The position numbers and the translations under genes are program-made. A stretch of 63,865 bases of DNA, counting the filler, from Limisphaerales bacterium (GTDB taxonomy: Bacteria > Verrucomicrobiota > Verrucomicrobiia > Limisphaerales > SIBE01), in NCBI GenBank assembly GCA_044225505.1. It is 3 parts of 3 records of this genome, joined end to end, with 100 filler letters (N's around TTAATTAATTAA, not from the genome) between each part and the next. Parts side by side here need not be neighbours in the genome. Positions count along the whole stretch, not along the records: positions 26,682 to 52,433 come from JBGAIN010000121.1; 2 more parts are not named here. One strand, 5' to 3'. Below, one piece after another: positions 37,935 to 47,367 of the stretch (the stretch's first letter is position 1; the number at the start of each line of letters is the position of its first letter). The notes below the pieces were generated by a model. That model searched no databases and was not told the DNA's origin. It was given only the letters and a program-made list of their open reading frames with translations.

Positions 37935-39113
37935 CTAAATGCCTCCGGGACAAGGGAATACCGGCTGTTGATCGACCTTGATGCCGTAAGCGTTCAAGGC
38001 TGCCACACAATGTTTGCGCAACGCCGCGTCACAAATCGCGTATCCCCAGTTCATCAACCGATCCTGCCGCTCGGCATCCAGGCGCTTGAGGCGGGTTGGA
38101 GTCTCTGCGAGATCCAGGGTTCGCTCAAGCGGGCAAGGCAATGCCGTCGGCAGGTCGTAATCGTCAATCTGCGAACGAATTCCCCAATATGCCCCGTCAT
38201 GTTCGGTCGGAGCGTTCTTAAAGCCATCGATTAGTTGCCGCTTGCGCAAGCTTCGCACCTGATTATCGATCAGATTTAGCACCCGATACGAATGACGCCC
38301 CCAATCGTGCTTAGGCTCTTCCTCCGCCGAAAGCTTTCCGCCGCCATCACTGACCAACACCGTGCGATACCGTTTCCAAGCGGTTTCCAGCCCCAGGTTA
38401 TCGTAGACCCCACCGTCACTCAGAACGATGTTCGTGGTGAACGGCTCCTTTTGCAGCGGACAATCTCGGTCAGGCAGAAAGTCGGCGTGTTGCAATTTGA
38501 GCCGCGCGGGCGATAGGACCGGTGGGAAGGCGGATGAAGCGGTCACGGCCAGCGATAACCGAATCGTCGGGTTCGGAACTCTGCCTACCAGGTAATCGGC
38601 CATGAATGGTTTGGAAAACCGCCACAGCGCTCCGGATTGCACATTCGTAGCGTTGATCACAAACCTCGGACCTTCGCTGTCGCTGGGAAGATCCTGCAAT
38701 GTGGCCTCTCCAAACAACGTTTCTTCGTAGGCGCGCTGGACTTTCTCGCTGATTGTTCCTGGGGTAAAAATCCCCGTGATAATCGCTTCGGCATCAATTG
38801 TCGTTCCCGCCATCGCTCGCACCGGCGTTATCACCCTTTCCGTGAGATTCGTAGCCCTTCCAGCGGCATCCCAAACCAGTTCCTTCCAATGCAAACCGAG
38901 AACGCCAGCAGTGATCGACCCCCCGGAAACACTCGAGACCCGGGCGAGCTTGGACAATGCCCCCGCTTCGTTGAGTCGAAGCAATGTCCCTAGATGAAAG
39001 ACCATTGCGCGATAGCCGCCGCCCGAGAGACAGAGTGCGACCCCCGCTTCGGGATCTCGAGGAGCTTCTAGATCAGGCGGGATCAGGGTGACTGGAGAAG
39101 CGGCCGTGTTCAT
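37935..39113 (-). CDS. Patatin-like phospholipase
   Basis: LCLSGGGYRA (oxyanion loop), SVSGG nucleophile elbow, ASSAFP, SDGGVYDNLG; start at MNTAASP. Confidence 0.92.
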   Translation of the reverse strand: MNTAASPVTLIPPDLEAPRDPEAGVALCLSGGGYRAMVFHLGTLLRLNEAGALSKLARVSSVSGGSITAGVLGLHWKELVWDAAGRATNLTERVITPVRAMAGTTIDAEAIITGIFTPGTISEKVQRAYEETLFGEATLQDLPSDSEGPRFVINATNVQSGALWRFSKPFMADYLVGRVPNPTIRLSLAVTASSAFPPVLSPARLKLQHADFLPDRDCPLQKEPFTTNIVLSDGGVYDNLGLETAWKRYRTVLVSDGGGKLSAEEEPKHDWGRHSYRVLNLIDNQVRSLRKRQLIDGFKNAPTEHDGAYWGIRSQIDDYDLPTALPCPLERTLDLAETPTRLKRLDAERQDRLMNWGYAICDAALRKHCVAALNAYGIKVDQQPVFPCPGGI

Positions 39114-39254
39114 AAATCGATGCGTTAATAGGTTATTTATCCTACGTTCCATCAAGGCATACGGGTTGCCAATGCCTGATCTTTCAGACAATTGCAGAAA
39201 AGAGCGAGCGCTAAGAATTTCGAGGCCGATCCGCTCCAAATCCGTCCTGCCGCC

Positions 39255-39370
39255 GATCAGCGTTCGATCAGCGTTCGATCAGGTCTCGATCAGCGTTCGA
39301 TGAAGTTTTGATCAGGTATGGCCAGATCTTGTTCTGGCTTTGATCCGCTCAAGGTGAGGCCTCGGTGACA
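39255..39370. repeat. Helically phased 11-bp direct repeat array (consensus GATCAGCGTTC)
   Basis: Units at 39255, 39266, 39277, 39288, 39299, 39310 (GATCAGCGTTC x2, GATCAGGTCTC, GATCAGCGTTC, GATGAAGTTTT, GATCAGGTATG), with degenerate continuation at 39342 (GATCC), 39353 and 39364 (GGTGA). Confidence 0.9.
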
Positions 39371-39520
39371 CCTTCACCGACCTTTAATCGGCAGCCACTC
39401 ATTAACGTCACTTCATTGTAACCACACCGATTTCCACACGTCTAATGATCGCACGCACAGCGGCAATGATGCTGCCCGCGCGTGAAAAGAAGGTTAACCC
39501 GCAGTAAAAAGCGAATCCAT

Positions 39521-40114
39521 ATGGCATTCATCAAGCCAAATCCACTCCTCAAAGAGATTCACGGCAAAATCGGCAACCTCTACATCTCCCGCGCGGGGGA
39601 TGAACTGGTTCTCAAAAAGGTCCCGGAACGACACCCGCCCAAACCACCTAGCCCAGCTCAGGAAGTCGTGCGTAAAAGGCTCATGCTAGCCTCAGAATAC
39701 TGGCGGATGGTTCAAACCCAGCCGGAAGAAAAAGCAGTTTACGTAACAGCAGCAAAACTGGCGCGCCGCCGGGCCATTGATTTAGCCAAAGCGGACTATT
39801 TACACGCACCGGCCATCACCGACATCGATTGCGCGGCTTATAGCGGCAAGGTCGGAGATATCCTCTGGATACGGGCCGAGGACGATTTTGAAGTGAAGAG
39901 AGTGCAGGTGCGCGTGTTGAGATTAGATGGTAGCTCGATCGAGTCTGGAGACGCGATTCTGGACGTAGATCGGCAAGCCTGGCGGTATATGGGCACGGTT
40001 CTGGTAGACGCTGGGGTAACGGTCACGATTGAAGCGGCGGCATTCGATCGACCCGGGAATCGAGGGACAAAGCGAGTTGATCATGCCTGCGGAGAGCGGA
40101 ACATGGCTCCGTGA
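39521..40114 (+). CDS. Hypothetical protein: basic N-terminal GKIG/helical region plus C-terminal Ig-like domain
   Basis: MAFIKPNPLLKEIHGKIGNLY...P...PSPAQ..VRKRL..A N-terminus (reminiscent of Bacteroidota DUF6266-type proteins); C-terminal AEDDFEVKRVQV...IE.G.A...W.Y...AFDRPGN beta-sandwich. Confidence 0.8.
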   Translation: MAFIKPNPLLKEIHGKIGNLYISRAGDELVLKKVPERHPPKPPSPAQEVVRKRLMLASEYWRMVQTQPEEKAVYVTAAKLARRRAIDLAKADYLHAPAITDIDCAAYSGKVGDILWIRAEDDFEVKRVQVRVLRLDGSSIESGDAILDVDRQAWRYMGTVLVDAGVTVTIEAAAFDRPGNRGTKRVDHACGERNMAP

Positions 40115-40149
40115 TCGGTCACATCCTTCCGTTCGATCGCAGTCCCGTC

Positions 40150-41091
40150 TCAAGCGAGCGGCGATGGAGCCCCGGCGCTCGCCGCTCTCGTTGCTACGGA
40201 TCCGCGAAGCCGATCGTCCACCGACTCGTCGTTGGACCTCGGGGAGCGCAGGCGTTCGTCGAGGAACGCCCGAATCTCCGGGGCAAGCTCCCGGTGGAAC
40301 TGGATTCGGTCGAAACCCGCTGGATCCGTGGCGGGACGGAAGTTGGGTTGCCGCATCGACTCCGGAAACGGGCTCAGAAAAGAGAAGTGTCCAGCGTTGG
40401 GGATGATCCGGCAGGTGACTTGAGATGGGTCAGCAACACCACGGATCACCAGATCCGCATGCCAACGGGGCGTGATCCCATCCTTCTCCCCAATCAACAT
40501 CAGAATTGGGATCGTAACGGAGCGCAGAGAATCCGCGGCCGAAAACCACGGAGTTGCCGGAGCGAGGAGGACGAGCGCGCGGAGGCGTGGCTCGCACACG
40601 GTTGGGGCAGGGTGTCCGTCGAGAGTGGGCACGCCCCCCGCCGCCGCAAGGGCGGTATAACCGCCTAACGAATGACCGATCGCCGTGACGACATCTCGCT
40701 GAATGTGCGGCCCTAGCTCCGGGTGAGCGTAGAGGGCATCGACCGCTGCACGCAGGTGCTTCGGTCGATTGACGAGATTAACAACCGTGTTTTCCAAGCG
40801 ATTGTCGTCTCGATTGTTCCCGGGGTGTTGCACCGCGGCGACGATGTAGCCGTGCTGGGCCAAGTGACAGCCCAACTCACGAAACAGCAGATGAGAACTC
40901 CCCGAACCGTGCGAAATGATCGCCAGTGGAAATCGTCCGTCGGCGACGGCGGCCTCTGGGCTGACTTCCATCCGGTAGGGACCGAACGAGGTAAGTACCG
41001 CCGGGGTTTCCGTGGGATAGAGAACGATCGCCGGGAACGGCACCTCCGCCGCCGCGTCGTAAATATTCAATAATCGGCTGCCCGCGAACAC
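40150..41091 (-). CDS. Alpha/beta hydrolase (predicted dienelactone hydrolase / PAF-AH-like)
   Basis: FPLAIISHGSG, GYIVAAVQHPG, GHSLGG nucleophile, GEKD, NAGHFSF. GTG 41091 preferred because ATG 41166 leaves only 29 bp to the divergent gene. Confidence 0.88.
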   Translation of the reverse strand: MFAGSRLLNIYDAAAEVPFPAIVLYPTETPAVLTSFGPYRMEVSPEAAVADGRFPLAIISHGSGSSHLLFRELGCHLAQHGYIVAAVQHPGNNRDDNRLENTVVNLVNRPKHLRAAVDALYAHPELGPHIQRDVVTAIGHSLGGYTALAAAGGVPTLDGHPAPTVCEPRLRALVLLAPATPWFSAADSLRSVTIPILMLIGEKDGITPRWHADLVIRGVADPSQVTCRIIPNAGHFSFLSPFPESMRQPNFRPATDPAGFDRIQFHRELAPEIRAFLDERLRSPRSNDESVDDRLRGSVATRAASAGAPSPLA

Positions 41092-41195
41092 ACGCTGAGT
41101 GTCGAGCCTTCCCAGTCTGTGGCAAGCTGTTTTACAGTGCAAATCCGACTTTTCGTGCTGCGTCATTGGGCTATGCTCGAGGCACTCGAAGGCTT

Positions 41196-42617
41196 ATGAA
41201 ATCGTATACGACTTATCGCAACTTGCCGGCCTTAGCAGGGCTCTGCTCAATGGAGGCAGCCGCTCAGCCAGGCCTTTCCGTGGAAGATTGCGTCGCGCGG
41301 CTCAAGCGAACTCATTATGCATTCAAACGCTTGCATCAAGTGTTGACGGCGCGCATTACCGCGGAGCCCATTTACGAGTTAAAATCAGCGTTTAGCTTGC
41401 ATGCGCATTTGTGTGCGGAACATGCGACCGGATTGCGCAAACGCGTTGGGGAGATGCGAGAGCCTCCGTTAGGCCTCGAGCAAGTGCCGGAGAGTCACTT
41501 GGAAATCTTCTTTGATGAGGTCCTGGGCGCATCCAAAACCGAAGAACTGCTCTTGGGGATTTATGAGAAAGCGCTGCCAGCGTTGCGTGAAGCAATTGAG
41601 CGGCACAAGACGGAGACCAACCCATTGGCAGACGCACCTTCCGTGCGGCTATGCCGGTTCGCTTTGCTCGAGGTGGACGACATGCTGGAATTTGGCCGGG
41701 AAGCGATAGCCTCGCTCGTATCTTCCTCAGATCGGGCCACGGCCAAGCCGTGGTTGGAAACCCTCGATGCTTGCCTGGCGGCGGCCGGTGGAATGGACGG
41801 GACGCGGCCGCGTGTGGCACAGACGGTCGAGCGCCGTTACTCGGCGAAGCCCTTCGTTTACGACGGTCGCCCGCGCCGCGATGCTCGTTTTCCGGACCCC
41901 TACAATATGGGAGTCAACGCGGAGGTATTCTTGTATGACCCAGCGTTCCCTCCCCAACCCAAGACGTTGATGATGTTTTATAAACGACTGCGGGAAATTG
42001 ATGTCCCGGAAATGATGGCCAGTATCATTGTCGAGAGTGAAGGCAAACCGTGGGATTATTACCGCGACATGACTCGCCAACTTTGGGATGAGGCACGCCA
42101 TGCCATGATGGGTGAAGTCGGATTTGCCCAACTGGGAGTGGATTGGCGAAAGGTCATGGTGAATTTCACCTGGTCCCTAGCCCTGAATACCCAGCTGAAA
42201 CCGATCGAACGCCACGCGGTCCTTTACTTCATTGAACAAGGTTTAATGCCCAAGAACGGCAAGCGCTTTGAATGGGAGGTCGGAGTGGCTTCGGGCAATC
42301 CTTTGGCCGCCCTCTTTCAGGATTATGATTGGGCGGACGAAGTGCTGCATGCCCGGATTGGCCGGGATTGGTACCTGAAGGAGTTCAACGACCCGCGAGC
42401 AGCCGTCGAATACGGCGACCAGTGTTGGTCCAAGGTCCTGATGAATTGGAACAAGTGGAAAGAGGACGGCTTAACGGAGCATCGGAATTGGTGGCCAGAA
42501 GTGTATCGAGAAGCCTGCGTCGTATGGGGCGTGCCACCGGATCCGACGGTCGAGTCCTACGCGACCACCTATGAGTCCGTGCGCGCCGATTTGAAAACGA
42601 TTTCTGCGTCCGCTTAG
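41196..42617 (+). CDS. Ferritin-like diiron-carboxylate protein (DUF455-like, two helical-bundle halves)
   Basis: Metal-ligand pattern REIDVPE...WDEARHA...IEQG...ADEVLHA in the C-half; CAEHA in the N-half; appears all-helical. Confidence 0.7.
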   Translation: MKSYTTYRNLPALAGLCSMEAAAQPGLSVEDCVARLKRTHYAFKRLHQVLTARITAEPIYELKSAFSLHAHLCAEHATGLRKRVGEMREPPLGLEQVPESHLEIFFDEVLGASKTEELLLGIYEKALPALREAIERHKTETNPLADAPSVRLCRFALLEVDDMLEFGREAIASLVSSSDRATAKPWLETLDACLAAAGGMDGTRPRVAQTVERRYSAKPFVYDGRPRRDARFPDPYNMGVNAEVFLYDPAFPPQPKTLMMFYKRLREIDVPEMMASIIVESEGKPWDYYRDMTRQLWDEARHAMMGEVGFAQLGVDWRKVMVNFTWSLALNTQLKPIERHAVLYFIEQGLMPKNGKRFEWEVGVASGNPLAALFQDYDWADEVLHARIGRDWYLKEFNDPRAAVEYGDQCWSKVLMNWNKWKEDGLTEHRNWWPEVYREACVVWGVPPDPTVESYATTYESVRADLKTISASA

Positions 42618-42630
42618 CGATCCACGTTAT

Positions 42631-42660
42631 GAATCTGTCAACGGGACGGTTGACAGATTC
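42631..42660. other. Perfect 12-bp inverted repeat (hairpin or dimeric regulator site)
   Basis: GAATCTGTCAAC-gggacg-GTTGACAGATTC, 13 nt after the stop at 42617; no U-tract. Confidence 0.7.
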
Positions 42661-42998
42661 GATGGGAAATGATGGCAGCACGGCTCACCGCATCTAACCG
42701 TCAGCCGTGAAGCCGATCCTAGCGCGAGGTTTGGGGTGATCCATGGAAAGATCTGCCTGTCGGCCTCACGCACCGTGGCCTGTCACCAGCCAGATTCGCG
42801 TCACCGGTGTTGTAGGGTCGCCCGCTACGCTCGCTTGCTGCTCTCGGGTGTTGACAGTATGGTCTGATCGATAGACCTGGGAGGTCTCGCCTTTTCATCC
42901 TAGCGCCACGCTTGACCGTGGCCGCTGGTGCTCTGGGAAGCCAACCGGGCCTCACTTTTTAGCATCAGGGAATCAGAGATAAGGAGGTAGTAAATCGT

Positions 42999-43913
42999 AT
43001 GTCAAACCACGGCACAGTTGGTAAGTGGAGTCCAAACCGGTTAGCCAGAGGGTTGGGCTGGTTCAGTATCGGGTTGGGGCTGGCAGAGGTTATAGCGCCT
43101 CGACAGTTAGGGCGATTGATCGGAATCCGCAAGGAGCACCGATTCTTAATGCGCGTTTTAGGACTGCGCGAAATCACAAGTGGGATCGGACTTCTAACCC
43201 AACGCCGGCCTGCTGGCTGGGTTTGGTCTCGGGTTGGAGGAGATGCCATGGATTTGGCGCTGCTCGGCGCCTCGATGTCCGCTAGCTCACCTCCCATGGG
43301 CCGCTTAGCCGTTACGACGGCCGCCGTTGCGGGCGTGACGGCAGTGGATCTCCTCTGCGGCCAGGAACTCAGCCGTGCCCCCAAAGCGGGCGGAAGTGGA
43401 GCAGTCCATTACGAAACGAGCATCACGATCAATCGAAGCGTGGACGAGCTCTATGCGTATTGGCGGAACTTCGAGAATTTGCCAAAGTTCATGTCCCACT
43501 TAATCGCTGTCCAGGTCACAGATCCCACCCATTCGCACTGGGTCGCCAAGGGACCTGCAGGCACCCAGATAGAGTGGGATGCGGAGATCATTTCGGACAT
43601 GCCTGGTCAGGTGATCGCATGGAAGTCTCTGGAAGGAGCTGACGTCGACAATGCCGGATCCGTTCGTTTTGAACGCGCGACGGGAGGGCGGGGGACTGTG
43701 GTGCGCGTGAACATGCAATATCGCACGATGGCGGGCACCGTGGGAGCCATGTTTGCCAAAGTGCTCGGGCAGGCGCCGGAAAAACAAATCAAAGTCGACT
43801 TGCTTCGTTTTAAACAGGTCGTCGAAACAGGGGAAGTGGCGAAAACAGAAGGCCAATCGGCCGGACGACCAAGTAGCACCTCCAGAAAATACGACGACCT
43901 CCTGCGCCACTAA
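42999..43913 (+). CDS. SRPBCC (polyketide cyclase/dehydrase-like) protein with N-terminal membrane region
   Basis: [26 protein letters not shown]-terminus; [47 protein letters not shown]. Confidence 0.9.
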   Translation: MSNHGTVGKWSPNRLARGLGWFSIGLGLAEVIAPRQLGRLIGIRKEHRFLMRVLGLREITSGIGLLTQRRPAGWVWSRVGGDAMDLALLGASMSASSPPMGRLAVTTAAVAGVTAVDLLCGQELSRAPKAGGSGAVHYETSITINRSVDELYAYWRNFENLPKFMSHLIAVQVTDPTHSHWVAKGPAGTQIEWDAEIISDMPGQVIAWKSLEGADVDNAGSVRFERATGGRGTVVRVNMQYRTMAGTVGAMFAKVLGQAPEKQIKVDLLRFKQVVETGEVAKTEGQSAGRPSSTSRKYDDLLRH

Positions 43914-43944
43914 ATCGGAGGACCACTCAACGAAAGAGAAATCG

Positions 43945-45114
43945 ATGAAAGCTATATGCTGGCACGGGAAAACTGAGATTCGCGTGGAGGAAGTCCCGGA
44001 TCCGAAGATTCTGAATCCACGGGATGCGATCGTGAAGATCAGCTCAACGGCGATTTGTGGGTCAGACTTGCATCTTTACAATGGTTTCGTCCCGACCATG
44101 GAAAAAGGGGACATCCTCGGCCATGAGTTTATGGGTGAAATTGTGGAAGTCGGGAACGCCGTGAAGAACTTAAAAGCGGGCGATCGCGTGGTCGTGCCTT
44201 TCCCCATCGCGTGCGGAAACTGCTTCTTTTGCCAGAAAGGGTTGACCTCATGCTGCGAGAATTCAAATCCCAACGCGCCGTTGGCCGAAAAGATGTGGGG
44301 ACATTCCCCGGCCGGGTTATTCGGGTATTCTCATTTGCTGGGTGGGTACGCGGGCGGCCAGGCGGAATATGCGCGAGTCCCGTTCGCGGATGTGGGCCCC
44401 ATCAAGATCGAGAACGGCTTTACCGATGAACAAGTGCTTTTTCTCTCGGACATTTTTCCGACCGGTTACATGGCAGCCGAAGCCTGCGATATTCAACCTG
44501 GGGACACGATCGCGGTTTGGGGCTGCGGACCGGTCGGCCTGTTTGCGATCAAAAGCGCGTTCCTCTTGGGTGCGGAACGCGTAATCGCCATTGATCGAGT
44601 TCCTGAGCGACTGCGGATGGCCCGGGAAGAAGGTCAAGCGGAGACCATCAATTACCAGGAATGCGACGTTTATGAAAGCCTGATGGACAAGACAGGCGGG
44701 CGCGGTCCGGACGCGTGCATTGACGCAGTCGGACTGGAATCGCATGGGTTCGGAATCGAGTATGCCTACGATCGCGCCAAGCAAGCGATGATGTTAGAAT
44801 CGGACCGCCCAATTGCGCTTCGCGAGGCGATTATGGCTTGTCGGAACGGTGGAACGATTTCTGTACCTGGCGTCTACGGAGGTTTGATCGACAAAGTCCC
44901 GTTCGGGTCCGTCATGAACCGGTCACTCACCATTAAAACGGGTCAAACTCACGTGCATCGCTATCTCAAGCCATTGTTGGAACGGGTGAAAAAAGGCGAG
45001 ATCGATCCTAGTTTTGTCGTGACTCATCGCATGCGTTTAGAGGATGCGCCGCAGGGATATGACATGTTCTGCGGGAAGCACGACGAATGTATCAAAATCG
45101 TGCTTAAACCGTAA
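43945..45114 (+). CDS. Zinc-dependent alcohol dehydrogenase (formaldehyde-dehydrogenase-like MDR family)
   Basis: ICGSDLH, GHEFMG, structural Zn CGNCFFC...[16 protein letters not shown]; follows the SRPBCC gene. Confidence 0.93.
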   Translation: MKAICWHGKTEIRVEEVPDPKILNPRDAIVKISSTAICGSDLHLYNGFVPTMEKGDILGHEFMGEIVEVGNAVKNLKAGDRVVVPFPIACGNCFFCQKGLTSCCENSNPNAPLAEKMWGHSPAGLFGYSHLLGGYAGGQAEYARVPFADVGPIKIENGFTDEQVLFLSDIFPTGYMAAEACDIQPGDTIAVWGCGPVGLFAIKSAFLLGAERVIAIDRVPERLRMAREEGQAETINYQECDVYESLMDKTGGRGPDACIDAVGLESHGFGIEYAYDRAKQAMMLESDRPIALREAIMACRNGGTISVPGVYGGLIDKVPFGSVMNRSLTIKTGQTHVHRYLKPLLERVKKGEIDPSFVVTHRMRLEDAPQGYDMFCGKHDECIKIVLKP

Positions 45115-45372
45115 CATATAGCTTCAGGAACGCTGCATCGCGGCGGGATGTCGAGGATTCGCATTCGTCAAACGCCGCCGGCGATAGCAGCGGTCGTATT
45201 CCAGTCCCAGGACTAGACTGCGTCGTAAGAACGGCCGGAGTTGCGGCTTTTTGTGCAGGGTGAGCAGTTTCGAGGGCAGGACAGCTTCGATTGGCGCTGT
45301 GTCGAGGGCAAACGGATTCCAACCTCGCCTGTTTTGGATCTGGCAAGACAGCTGCTCCCAGCCGCTCGCGTC

Positions 45373-46767
45373 ATGAAGCGCATCGCTATTCTGACCGCGG
45401 GCGGCGACACACCAGCGCTGAACGCAACGATTCATGGGGCGGTCGTCCGCGCTTGCCAACTGCGCGTCGAAGTGATCGGCCTGATCAAAGGGTTCAACAG
45501 TCTGTTTAACCCTCGCACGCCCCACGTTCACCTCAACCCGTTGTTCCAAGAGATCCCGGAGCTCGATCCCACCAAAGGCGGAACCTTGATCGGCTCTTCC
45601 CGCGATTTCGTCGACCCGAGTGACCATGCTCGACTCGACGAAATCGTCGATCGCCTCAAACGGTTGGGAGTTGAGGGACTAATCTGCGTGGGCGGAGATG
45701 GAACTCTAAATGGGCTGCAGCCCTTGGCCGAACGGCTCCCAACGGTGCTGTCGCCAAAAACGATCGATAATGATTTGGGCCTCAATTATGCCAGCGAACC
45801 GGACGAATTTGTCAGGGCGAACGATGCTAGCGCCAAGCCAGGTTACCGTTACAAAAGGATGGAGTCCCGCGCCGTCTTTGATCTCGAGCACATTATCAAC
45901 TATGTGACCCCGGGCTACGCCACCGCGGTGTTTGTCTCGGCGCAAGGCGTGGAAAGGATTCGCACCACGGCTGAGAGCCACCGTCGCATCGCGATTATCG
46001 AAGTCATGGGCCGCCACTCGGGATACATCGCCTTGGGCACCGCTTACGGGCGACCGGATATCATTCTTGTTCCAGAACACCCCCTGGATTTGGAGCGATT
46101 GGTTCAGCGTGTAAAACACATCTACGACCTGCAGAAGAACGTGGTCATCGTTTGCGGAGAGGGTATCGTTGACGACCAAGGCCACGAATTAGGGGCCGAA
46201 AGCAAGACAACGGATCCCGCAGGCAATATCCAGCTTACCGGCGCAGCCGAGGCGCTCCGTTCGAAGCTCATTCAGATGATCGGCGATAAATACTTCCAGC
46301 TGTATCGCCGCGGTGAATCCGCACGCGAGGCCATTTTCACGCGCAAAGTCGGACACACACAGAGAGGAGGGCGCCCCATTTTATTCGATCGATTTTATGC
46401 AGCACTCCTCGGCGCCGAGGCGGTGGAATTACTCTTGGAAGGACGCAACAATGCCGTCTCGATTCTGCAATACAATCTAACGAAGGGATTTCACGTCCAG
46501 GGTTATGATGCCAACCGGTTCAGAGATCGGTGGGGCCTGATCCATGCGCGCTCCATGCATCCGGATCTCTACGATCCCAAGTTAATGAAACCATCTCGCT
46601 TAGGAATCGACTACTTAACGCCAATCTTTACGGACGCCATTGGCGAGGACGACATGGAACATATGCGCCAAACTCTGTTTTCTTCAGGGAATTTGAAACA
46701 GCCGTATCACTCGATCAATACCGACGTCAACAAGCGGATCCGCTACGTCAGCGCAAAAGAAGACTAA
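45373..46767 (+). CDS. pfkA: 6-phosphofructokinase (PfkA superfamily)
   Basis: ILTAGGDTPALN, GGTLIGSSR, GGDGT, PKTIDND, EVMGRHSG, GHTQRGG. Confidence 0.88.
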   Translation: MKRIAILTAGGDTPALNATIHGAVVRACQLRVEVIGLIKGFNSLFNPRTPHVHLNPLFQEIPELDPTKGGTLIGSSRDFVDPSDHARLDEIVDRLKRLGVEGLICVGGDGTLNGLQPLAERLPTVLSPKTIDNDLGLNYASEPDEFVRANDASAKPGYRYKRMESRAVFDLEHIINYVTPGYATAVFVSAQGVERIRTTAESHRRIAIIEVMGRHSGYIALGTAYGRPDIILVPEHPLDLERLVQRVKHIYDLQKNVVIVCGEGIVDDQGHELGAESKTTDPAGNIQLTGAAEALRSKLIQMIGDKYFQLYRRGESAREAIFTRKVGHTQRGGRPILFDRFYAALLGAEAVELLLEGRNNAVSILQYNLTKGFHVQGYDANRFRDRWGLIHARSMHPDLYDPKLMKPSRLGIDYLTPIFTDAIGEDDMEHMRQTLFSSGNLKQPYHSINTDVNKRIRYVSAKED

Positions 46768-47367
46768 CTGGTTTCTCTCCCTTTGCTGAGCTGGCCCGAG
46801 GAAGAAAATCGAAGCGGCTTCTCAGCGGTTCGGTTCCTAGCAATTCCGGGAACGTTCTGTCCACAATTCGTGGGCATTTAGCCTAAGCGCCTATTCGACA
46901 ACGTTTTGAAGACCTCCGACCGCCTCGACGAGAGCAAATTGCTCTTGGATTGGTGGCTTTCACCCAGCGTGTTTAACCGTGTGTCGGCGCGAACGTTCAA
47001 ATGACTCCGCAGTTCAAACTTTCGTAGCAGGGGGATGTCGGTTGATTCTCGTTCCTAAACGCTCCCAGAAGGGCAGGAATCCAATCGGAACCGCATCCCA
47101 AAAAAGTGCTTATACCGCGCTGAATCTGTTTGAGCACTGTTTAGACCGGATAAAGCGCGGACCCGACCCGTTCTGATCGACGAAACCGGCCCATTCCTGG
47201 GCCAGGTGACTTTTCGTCACCATCGGCCTGGGATGGGGTCTCATGCCCGTGCGATCGTTCGATTCTACCCAAGTTTTTGAACCCAGTTTGGATAAAATGA
47301 GATGGCTAAGAGCGTCTTAACGAGGGACAATTTTTGCCTTCGCGTCGGAGATCCGATCGTAAGGGGC

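Noticed and set aside
45341..45356. Possible sigma54 promoter TGGCAAGACAGCTGCT before pfk
   Set aside because: GG-N10-GC spacing is right, but the -12 element lacks TTGC and the site would leave almost no leader; too weak to call.
46768..47367. 600-bp gap between convergent genes as ncRNA or small gene (ORF 46979..47176)
   Set aside because: No recognisable RNA motif, tRNA fold, repeat or protein-like ORF by eye; an Rfam search would be needed.
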